23,572 bases of DNA from an uncultured virus (IMG/VR IMGVR_UViG_3300045016_000216) (lineage: Duplodnaviria; Heunggongvirae; Uroviricota; Caudoviricetes), in the IMG/VR virus record IMGVR_UViG_3300045016_000216; one strand, written 5' to 3'. This document shows positions 17,177 to 23,420 of the stretch, piece by piece. Each line of letters opens with the position of its first letter. Within the stretch, counting starts at the first letter, position 1. Below the pieces are notes generated by a model. It saw nothing but the letters and a program-made list of their open reading frames with translations. It had not been told where the DNA came from and searched no databases. Both the position numbers and the translations under genes were made by a program.

Positions 17177-17679
17177 GAGGCAAATCCTAAAACTTTACCC
17201 GTTTGAACAATGACTCTGCCGAAGGGATTGTAACGAGTTCCTAATTGTTTAGGATTCTTTCCATCAGATAGCAGAGTTTTAGGAGTTAGAGGAGATCCTC
17301 CCCACTTCTCTACATACATGTCCACAATCTGATCTCTTGTATAACATCCTTCCTCGATCAAATTTTCCATGTATCTGATCTTTTCCCCTTTTTTCCCTGG
17401 AACTTTTGTTCTTATCTCTGCGGTTTTCTTTGCCTCTCTCCTTGCTGCTTTGCTCGTAGTTCCTGATTTGCAGATTTCCCCTAGTTCAGGAAAATCTTCG
17501 CAACAGGAATTACAAGAATCCGAATTAGGATCAAAACAGCCGTAGATTCCTTTTGTCCATAAAGCCCGCAGTTCTTCGCAAGCTTCAGCGGGACATTCTT
17601 TAGAGGCTTCTTCAACGTGGATTTCTTCTTTGGTGGGTTCTTCAACGGGGGTTTCAGTTTGATGTTTCTTTTTACTCAT
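17173..17679 (-). CDS. Cys-rich N-terminus plus shared wHTH-like C-terminal domain (paralog 2)
   Basis: First gene after promoter 17719-17747; WGGSPLTPKTLLSDGKNPKQLGTRY. Confidence 0.65.
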   Translation of the reverse strand: MSKKKHQTETPVEEPTKEEIHVEEASKECPAEACEELRALWTKGIYGCFDPNSDSCNSCCEDFPELGEICKSGTTSKAARREAKKTAEIRTKVPGKKGEKIRYMENLIEEGCYTRDQIVDMYVEKWGGSPLTPKTLLSDGKNPKQLGTRYNPFGRVIVQTGKVLGFAS

Positions 17680-17718
17680 GGTAATTCTCCTTTCTTTTCT
17701 TTTTGATTTTATAAAAAC

Positions 17719-17747
17719 ATTATATCACAACCGATAGATAATGTCAA
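17719..17747 (-). promoter_or_regulatory. Consensus sigma70 early promoter
   Basis: TTGACA-17-TATAAT with TG extension; inside a 55-bp exact repeat (17700-17754 = 18988-19042). Confidence 0.92.
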
Positions 17748-17790
17748 GAGAAAATTATGCTCCAGTGCATTTTTTTAAGGTATGTTTTTA

Positions 17791-18192
17791 TCATGTTTTT
17801 ATGTTTCTCCATCTCACCAATTTTTCTAATTTTATGCTTCCAAACAATACTGTCCCTCTTGGGGGTTTGTAAAAAGGTTTATGTTTGCCTTCATAGAAAT
17901 CCTTAAAATCATCAATTCTTGAAGGAACAAAATTGGGCAATATTTTCCTATCATATCCTTTTACCTTAAATACTCTATCCCCTCTTCCAGACCGCATGAA
18001 AATTAAAGCTCCTTCTAGGCTATTGAAGCAGAATACTCCTAAAGTCCAGGGTTTTGCTTTGGTTATTTTTCCTTTTTCATACCATAGGGTATAATTTGCA
18101 TCATCAGAGTAATTTCCTTTATAAGCAAAGGCACTAAAATACTTTTGTTTGTCCTCTCTCCCGCGACAGGAATTTACCACTTTATAAAACAT
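17791..18192 (-). CDS. Hypothetical phage protein
   Basis: RBS aaaggag; 133 aa. Confidence 0.65.
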   Translation of the reverse strand: MFYKVVNSCRGREDKQKYFSAFAYKGNYSDDANYTLWYEKGKITKAKPWTLGVFCFNSLEGALIFMRSGRGDRVFKVKGYDRKILPNFVPSRIDDFKDFYEGKHKPFYKPPRGTVLFGSIKLEKLVRWRNIKT

Positions 18193-18207
18193 AGGTTTCT
18201 CCTTTCT

Positions 18208-18402
18208 TTATTTTCTTAACCAATCCCTTAAAACTCGGAAAAGAATGTCCACCTGATCGTATGTTAAGGAAATATGGTCAGTTTCAGGTGTGAAAAGTTG
18301 TATCATTTTTCCATTGATTTTTCCACCATAGAATGAGGTTACATACAAATTCCTTTCCCGTTCCCCATACCTTTCTGTTATTTCAAGTAATCTTTCGGAC
18401 AT
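18208..18402 (-). CDS. Hypothetical phage protein
   Basis: RBS aaaggag. Confidence 0.65.
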   Translation of the reverse strand: MSERLLEITERYGERERNLYVTSFYGGKINGKMIQLFTPETDHISLTYDQVDILFRVLRDWLRK

Positions 18403-18416
18403 TTTTTCTCCTTTCT

Positions 18417-18656
18417 TTATGTTACTTCATGAATGGGAATTCCTTTCATTGAAGGTCTCCTTAACCAAATTTTTAACAATTCATAACTTTCCCAATCTAC
18501 CATAAAAGTCCCGTTTTCTAGATAAACAACCATAGCCCCTCTTCCATATGATCTTTGGGAAATATGAATTTTGATCACTTCCTCTGTGTGTCTTAATAAC
18601 CATCCCAAATTTTTTATTTTTTTGCCTGGTTTTCCTTCTCTAAAAAGCATAGGCAT
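18417..18656 (-). CDS. Hypothetical phage protein
   Basis: RBS aaggag. Confidence 0.65.
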   Translation of the reverse strand: MPMLFREGKPGKKIKNLGWLLRHTEEVIKIHISQRSYGRGAMVVYLENGTFMVDWESYELLKIWLRRPSMKGIPIHEVT

Positions 18657-18753
18657 TACTATTCTCCTTATTGTAGAATATCATAAAGATATTCCTTAAT
18701 GTCTTGCCTTTTTCCGAAATTTCCCGTTATCGCTATTTTTAATCCTAATCCTC

Positions 18754-18858
18754 CTATGGAATAGCTCTATAAGCTAATTCGATCACAATCCCCCAAAAAG
18801 CAAAGAGGGAAATCCAAATGATCGGCCAACATATCCATCTGAAAGTTAAGTCTTTCAT
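18754..18858 (-). CDS. 34-aa membrane peptide overlapping 18767..18976 (not in ORF track)
   Basis: aaggagg...ATG; MKDLTFRWICWPIIWISLFAFWGIVIELAYRAIP. Confidence 0.5.
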   Translation of the reverse strand: MKDLTFRWICWPIIWISLFAFWGIVIELAYRAIP

Positions 18859-18976
18859 TCCTTTTCCTCCTTATTAATAATAGTAAATGGGCTTTTCTTT
18901 TTCGTTGACAAAATGGGCATTGATACTCATCTTCATCCATTACCACATCTAAGCATTTAGGACAAAGTTTAAGCAT
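18767..18976 (-). CDS. Small zinc-ribbon protein
   Basis: CPKC...CPFC; ggaggag RBS; first gene after a promoter. Confidence 0.55.
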   Translation of the reverse strand: MLKLCPKCLDVVMDEDEYQCPFCQRKRKAHLLLLIRRKRNERLNFQMDMLADHLDFPLCFLGDCDRISL

Positions 18977-19006
18977 CTTCTCCTCCTTTTTTGATTTTAT
19001 AAAAAC

Positions 19007-19035
19007 ATTATATCACAACCGATAGATAATGTCAA
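19007..19035 (-). promoter_or_regulatory. Consensus sigma70 early promoter
   Basis: TTGACA-17-TATAAT with TG extension. Confidence 0.92.
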
Positions 19036-19063
19036 GAGAAAAACTTCATTCCATAAAAATAGT

Positions 19064-19357
19064 TTAGGAGAAATAAGTTCCTATCATGTACTGTTCTCCA
19101 TCCTCGGACAGTCTGATAACTACTCCAGAAAAATAAGTATCCGAAGAATAACCATGCCACCCTTTTAAATCGGAGTTATGTTCAACCCGTAAAAAATCTA
19201 ATAGGGAATAAGCCCAGTTTCTATAAATTAGGAAACATCCTACCTCATACTCTTCATCATTCATCCAGTCAAATTCTTTCCTCCACTTTTTGGGCAATTC
19301 ATACCCATACTTGAAGTTCTTCCACTTGCGATCTGTTTTTATAATAATGTCGGCCAT
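19064..19357 (-). CDS. Hypothetical aromatic-rich early phage protein
   Basis: RBS aagga; WHGYSSDTYFSGVVI motif. Confidence 0.7.
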   Translation of the reverse strand: MADIIIKTDRKWKNFKYGYELPKKWRKEFDWMNDEEYEVGCFLIYRNWAYSLLDFLRVEHNSDLKGWHGYSSDTYFSGVVIRLSEDGEQYMIGTYFS

Positions 19358-19376
19358 TGTTCCTTACTCCTTTCTT

Positions 19377-19433
19377 TTAGTCTTTTAACTTGGAGCAGAA
19401 GCTATAAGTTTCTGCTCCAAGTTAAAAGACTAA
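19377..19433. repeat. Perfect 24-bp inverted repeat with 9-nt loop
   Basis: ttagtcttttaacttggagcagaa / ttctgctccaagttaaaagactaa. Confidence 0.95.
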
Positions 19434-19645
19434 CTTAGCAACCACTTCTGTGCTTCTTCTTCATTGGTAAAAAGGGTCTGATGACATTTTGGACATGCGA
19501 TTTCTATATTCCCTTCTACTGAGAAATCCACTTCATCATATTGGATTTCCCCATCTTCTCCTACATACATTCTGAAGTGTTTCCACCCTTGATCGAATTC
19601 ATTCACATAATCAATTTTTTGGTTACATTTAAAACAAGTTTTCAT
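19430..19645 (-). CDS. Zinc-ribbon hypothetical protein
   Basis: CFKC...CPKC; ggagg RBS. Confidence 0.7.
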   Translation of the reverse strand: MKTCFKCNQKIDYVNEFDQGWKHFRMYVGEDGEIQYDEVDFSVEGNIEIACPKCHQTLFTNEEEAQKWLLS

Positions 19646-19866
19646 ATCTTCCTCCTTTGGTCGATATAAGAGTAAGAATCATCATCTTGCCAAGCTGCTC
19701 TCCAAACACATTCTAAACCCCATCCGTTTACATCTTTCCAAGTTACAAAATACTTGTAGCCTTTCCTCAGATAGAATTTCAAAGCTTTTGACCTGTCCCA
19801 AGTAGTTTCGTACAGTCTCCAGATAGTCGGATTTTCTGTCTTTTTCTCCTGAATTATTTTTATCAT
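19642..19866 (-). CDS. Hypothetical protein
   Basis: aggagg RBS; ATGA overlap. Confidence 0.65.
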   Translation of the reverse strand: MIKIIQEKKTENPTIWRLYETTWDRSKALKFYLRKGYKYFVTWKDVNGWGLECVWRAAWQDDDSYSYIDQRRKI

Positions 19867-19892
19867 ACTTTTCCTCCTAATGGAAAGATTCT

Positions 19893-20162
19893 CTATCTGT
19901 TAAGTTTTAACAGATTCCAAACAGAAGATGATCCCAAGAATTTAAGCACTGCTCTATCTCTTACTCCTATTTTGTGAAAATAAAGATCTTTTTCCAACTC
20001 TTCCTTGTTATAGGCGAAAGATGAGTATTTGTAATCCTTGTTTCCAGTTCTAAATAAAACCGTTATACTATCTCCACATTCACAAGTATAAATGTCCGCC
20101 ATTCTCCCTAACTTTGAGTGGAGAATACATCTGGTGCAGGCATGCTTAAAGTTTGGTTTCAT
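19893..20162 (-). CDS. Hypothetical Cys/His protein flanked by 28-bp direct repeats
   Basis: HACTRC...CEC; aggagg RBS. Confidence 0.65.
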   Translation of the reverse strand: MKPNFKHACTRCILHSKLGRMADIYTCECGDSITVLFRTGNKDYKYSSFAYNKEELEKDLYFHKIGVRDRAVLKFLGSSSVWNLLKLNR

Positions 20163-20344
20163 ACTTTTCCTCCTAATGGAAAGATTAGTTTCTGCCTTAT
20201 TCCATTCTTATTGATTAAGTGGACTTCTACCTGTGCCCAATCATCAAAAGATAAAGGCGAATAAATTTTGTAATTCCACTCATCCCACTTCTTGTACTCT
20301 TGCGGGAACTTCTCTTTGATCTTATCTTCTAAATTTGGAATCAT
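20159..20344 (-). CDS. Hypothetical protein
   Basis: ggaggag RBS; ATGA overlaps. Confidence 0.6.
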   Translation of the reverse strand: MIPNLEDKIKEKFPQEYKKWDEWNYKIYSPLSFDDWAQVEVHLINKNGIRQKLIFPLGGKV

Positions 20345-20667
20345 AGTTCTCCTCCATTATTCATCATGATTTCCCGAATTTTAGCACTCTCCATCATTCT
20401 CTCGAACGTTTCCCGATCCTTCTTATTGAATCCTGTCTTGTAATGATAGAAAGAACTCCATAGTTTCAAGCATGGTGTTTTTCTTCTTGGTCTTGTGGGA
20501 TGTTCTATAAAATCACCATCTTCTGTGAAAATGAGATTTGGTCCAAAGTCAAAATAGTATTTCCTTTTTCCTGTTACTTCATCAAACGCCACGATTTGTA
20601 CGCCTTTAAAGTACCCGAATCCGTAATCTTTGCCAATGTATGATTCTGCTTTAAATCTTGTTCCCAT
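20341..20667 (-). CDS. Hypothetical protein
   Basis: aaagga RBS. Confidence 0.65.
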   Translation of the reverse strand: MGTRFKAESYIGKDYGFGYFKGVQIVAFDEVTGKRKYYFDFGPNLIFTEDGDFIEHPTRPRRKTPCLKLWSSFYHYKTGFNKKDRETFERMMESAKIREIMMNNGGEL

Positions 20668-20699
20668 AGTTTAGTTCCTTTCTGTTATTGATCTGCATA

Positions 20700-20954
20700 T
20701 CATTTCTTTGCCCCATACTTTACGAGCATAACAGCTTGAATGGGATTATAGTTGCAGTATTTTTGGAGCATTGAGATCAACTCATCATCCCATTTGCTCT
20801 CATTGAATGGTGCATCTTTTATGTAATGGAATTTAGACATTCTTGGTTTTTCTTTAGACTTGAAATTTGGTGGTGGGATTAAGTTTCTTTGATGATTTGG
20901 CTTGTTGTATCTGAATAAACGCTTGGAACTAATTTCTGCTTGGAAGTAAAACAT
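20700..20954 (-). CDS. Hypothetical protein
   Basis: First ORF after promoter 21002-21030; start uncertain. Confidence 0.5.
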   Translation of the reverse strand: MFYFQAEISSKRLFRYNKPNHQRNLIPPPNFKSKEKPRMSKFHYIKDAPFNESKWDDELISMLQKYCNYNPIQAVMLVKYGAKK

Positions 20955-21001
20955 CGTGATCTCACTTTCTTTTTTTGGAATTTTTCGATTTTCATAGTAG
21001 T

Positions 21002-21030
21002 ATTATATCACATTATATAGATAATGTCAA
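21002..21030 (-). promoter_or_regulatory. Consensus sigma70 early promoter
   Basis: TTGACA-17-TATAAT with TG extension; upstream flank similar to the 17719 promoter. Confidence 0.9.
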
Positions 21031-21066
21031 TAGAAAATTATGTTCCAGAAATTATTTTTTCGGTTT

Positions 21067-21417
21067 TTAGAATCTTCTAAACTGGACAAACTCAAAGATG
21101 GAAGTCTTTACGCCATCTTTCTCTAAAGATTTTCGTTGTGTAGTGGAATGGACACATCTTTGCCTTCCCAAGAGAACTACTAAAGCGAAGATAAAGCCAG
21201 TCTCTCCCATCACGTGAAACACATCTTCGGCAGACGCATTTATGATTTCTGGATTAGATTGGCAGAATGTCTTCGCCAGATTCTCCATTTCTACATCGTT
21301 AATGTGGGGATCAACGTTTGGGAAAGGTACATCTACCACTTCCCCAAACTTCTGAGCTTCTTCCAGTTGCTTTTTGCCCCACTGAGAAGTTGGATGATTG
21401 GAAATGTTGAAAAACAT
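21067..21417 (-). CDS. Csx20/Csx15-like CRISPR ring-nuclease family protein, phage-encoded
   Basis: FFNISNHPTSQW...Q...DVPFPNVDP...HVMGE...STTQR...KTSIFEFVQFRRF matches the remembered pattern of type III CRISPR ancillary Csx20-like proteins. Start MFFNI after gaaaggag. Confidence 0.65.
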   Translation of the reverse strand: MFFNISNHPTSQWGKKQLEEAQKFGEVVDVPFPNVDPHINDVEMENLAKTFCQSNPEIINASAEDVFHVMGETGFIFALVVLLGRQRCVHSTTQRKSLEKDGVKTSIFEFVQFRRF

Positions 21418-21431
21418 GTGAAACGCTCCTT

Positions 21432-21659
21432 TCATTTTATTTGGTAAAAGTCAGTGCCATTGATCTCATAAGCTTTTTCGAAAGTGCAGGGATAAAAGAT
21501 TGCTTTCTCACAAGTGCCAAGAGCAGATTCGAGTACCACGGACTGCTCGTTGACAAACCCATCAACAGATGAATGATGGAGTCTAAACATCTTGCCATCA
21601 TCATCTTTGAAGATGGAGTCAAGCTCTCTACTCCATCCTGCCACAGTTTTAACTTTCAT
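21432..21659 (-). CDS. Hypothetical protein, first gene of the leftward early operon
   Basis: gaaaggag RBS. Confidence 0.65.
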   Translation of the reverse strand: MKVKTVAGWSRELDSIFKDDDGKMFRLHHSSVDGFVNEQSVVLESALGTCEKAIFYPCTFEKAYEINGTDFYQIK

Positions 21660-21742
21660 AAGAACGCTCCTTTCTTTGGGTTTTGGAAGAAATCTCCCGC
21701 AAAATTGTTAAAAATCACTTTTTGTAGAAAAGTCTCTCAAAC

Positions 21743-21914
21743 TGTCAAAATCTTGACATGTCAAAAAAATGACATGTCAAAAAATTGACAGTAAAAAATA
21801 TTTACAAGTCAAAGAGCAATGTAAAAAATGTTTACACGTGTAAAAAATGTTTACAGTCAAATAAATGACAGTAAAGATTGTTTACAAGTCAACTGCTATC
21901 AAAAGAATAGCAGT
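21743..21914. repeat. Tandem array of palindromic operator-like boxes
   Basis: WGTCAA-N4-WTGACA at 21743, 21759, 21775 and 21855; WGTAAA-N5-TTTACA at 21790, 21820, 21839 and 21870; actgctat-N7-atagcagt at 21892. Confidence 0.85.
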
Positions 21915-21943
21915 AGTATAGCATAAAGACAGAAAAAAGTCAA
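21915..21943 (-). promoter_or_regulatory. sigma70 promoter for the first early operon
   Basis: TTGACT-17-TATACT with TG extension. Confidence 0.75.
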
Positions 21944-21958
21944 GCTTAAAATCAAAAT

Positions 21959-22219
21959 TTGGTATATACTTTGCATACTGTAAACTAAGTTCACAGTATT
22001 ACAAAATTGTAAGATTACAAAATTGTATAGTCAAAGGCTATAAAACTGCTATGCAATCTATATGCCAAATTACAAAATTGTAAAACTGTGAACTAAGTTC
22101 ACACTACAAAATTGTATAGTCAAAGGCTATAAAACTGCTATGCAATCTATATGCCAAATTACAAAATTGTAGTAAGAAAAAATTGGCCCTAAAATTGCTA
22201 TATGCAAGTTCTATACCAA
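21959..22219. promoter_or_regulatory. Cluster of seven sigma54-type (-24/-12) GG-N10-GC elements
   Basis: Plus strand: TTGGTATATACTTTGCA (21959), AAGGCTATAAAACTGCT (22034, 22123), TTGGCCCTAAAATTGCT (22183). Minus strand: TTGGCATATAGATTGCA (22052-22068, 22141-22157), TTGGTATAGAACTTGCA (22203-22219). Confidence 0.7.
22016..22171. repeat. 67-bp exact direct repeat, 2 copies, period 89
   Basis: 22016-22082 = 22105-22171; each copy is bounded by TACAAAATTGTA. Confidence 0.95.
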
Positions 22220-22441
22220 GTATAGATAAAGCAAATAAAACGGATATAAGAAAGTCAAGGGGAAAAACCTGATATAATAAAATCAATAGATTGTATATAC
22301 CCTTGATTATAACCCTAACAAAAAAAGATAATGTCTCATATTGTAAATATGGAATAATGATTAAAATACTAATGATAAAAACAAGTTAAGGCATAGATAG
22401 ACTAATGAAGTAAAAAAAATATATAAATGATAAAAAAAAGC

Positions 22442-22471
22442 TTGACAAAGTCTATGAAAAGAATATATGTT
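22442..22471 (+). promoter_or_regulatory. Rightward sigma70-type promoter
   Basis: TTGACA-18-TATGTT with an A-rich UP region. Confidence 0.5.
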
Positions 22472-22512
22472 GAAACTAAAAACTCAAAACTCAAAATTAA
22501 GGAGTATAAAAA

Positions 22513-22644
22513 ATGGAAATGTACTATTGCGTGAGAGTCTCGGTATATATTAAGAAAATTGGAATTTCCCCACATACAGCTTATCTGATAGTTGATACTT
22601 TACCATCTATCATTAGAAGCAAAATCCTTGCTTGCTTTCGATAA
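22513..22644 (+). CDS. Hypothetical protein (43 aa, not in ORF track)
   Basis: taaggag RBS; MEMYYCVRVSVYIKKIGISPH... Confidence 0.55.
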   Translation: MEMYYCVRVSVYIKKIGISPHTAYLIVDTLPSIIRSKILACFR

Positions 22645-22743
22645 TTGATTTTAACCCATGTTAGGTTAATCCCATACCGGAAAGGGATTAGGGCTCCAAC
22701 CCTTGATAATTGGTATATACCATCAAAAAGGAAGGAAAAGACC

Positions 22744-23172
22744 ATGATGAAGAAAACAGAGGTTATTAAAATGGACTATACCCAAAAAGAAATTATCCAA
22801 CTTATCCAAGGGGAAAAACCTGTGCAGGTGGTCCCCGTGTGGGAGATGAAAAACATAGATCACGAAACAAGGGTTAAGGAAAAACGGGTGTCCCAGGAAT
22901 ATGCTCCACCAAAGGTCGTGGGGGACACCAAAAAAGAGAGGATCGGATATCTTTTTGATAAAATTGCGAAGGGAGAATATACCCGCAACGACCTTGCTTC
23001 CTTGGTGTCTTCGGTATACCCCATTAAACCGAGTACCACAAAAACAGAATTAAGCGATCTTAAAAACCAGAGTTTCAAAGGGAGTAAATACGCTCCTTAT
23101 TGGCCGGAGAAATGGGTAGGGTATATGGTTATTGAGGTTAATAAGATCTTCTCTCTCAAAAAGCTTGTATAG
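22744..23172 (+). CDS. Protein with divergent shared wHTH-like domain (paralog 3)
   Basis: aaggaagga RBS before ATG 22744; ERIGYLFDKIAKGEYTRNDL...TTKTELSDLKN...GSKY. Confidence 0.65.
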   Translation: MMKKTEVIKMDYTQKEIIQLIQGEKPVQVVPVWEMKNIDHETRVKEKRVSQEYAPPKVVGDTKKERIGYLFDKIAKGEYTRNDLASLVSSVYPIKPSTTKTELSDLKNQSFKGSKYAPYWPEKWVGYMVIEVNKIFSLKKLV

Positions 23173-23192
23173 GGGAGGGGAGGGAAGATACC

Positions 23193-23357
23193 ATGTCAAA
23201 CAAAAGTTTAGAGTCCAAATTAATCAAGGTCAAAGCGGACCTGGAAAAACGGATAAAGGGGATTGAGAGGGTAATTGCTGTAAGCAAACAAGACATATCC
23301 TTCTTCCTTTGGCTCCAAGAAAACCTAATCAAGGAAAAGCAACTAATCAATAGCTAA
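23193..23357 (+). CDS. Hypothetical coiled-coil protein (54 aa, not in ORF track)
   Basis: ggaggg RBS; MSNKSLESKLIKVKADLEKRIKGIERV...; followed by a terminator. Confidence 0.65.
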   Translation: MSNKSLESKLIKVKADLEKRIKGIERVIAVSKQDISFFLWLQENLIKEKQLINS

Positions 23358-23363
23358 ACCCTT

Positions 23364-23410
23364 AAAACCCTTGTCTGATAGTATATACCGATTAGGCAAG
23401 GGTTTTTTAT
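23364..23410 (+). terminator. Rho-independent terminator
   Basis: cccttgtctgat / attaggcaaggg stem (2 G-U pairs) followed by TTTTTTAT. Confidence 0.8.
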
Positions 23411-23420
23411 TGCCTATAGT

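Noticed and set aside
18668..18769. TAG read-through or recoding after the 69-aa ORF (frame stays open about 32 more codons)
   Set aside because: TAG ends several clear genes (e.g. gat-queC), so the code looks standard; a short open frame is expected by chance.
969..21788. Plus-strand ORFs in the track (969, 2087, 2529, 3096, 3525, 4666, 5457, 7632, 13381, 13701, 14365, 14528, 14631, 15085, 15696, 16286, 21214, 21573)
   Set aside because: Antisense shadows of well-supported, tightly coupled minus-strand genes; no recognisable motifs.
22016..22171. CRISPR array
   Set aside because: Only two 67-bp copies, too long for CRISPR repeats; the intervening DNA is itself a repeated palindrome; no cas operon.
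22104..23350. Minus-strand ORFs 22104..22286, 22860..23078 and 23156..23350
   Set aside because: They lie across the repeat array or antisense to RBS-supported plus-strand genes.
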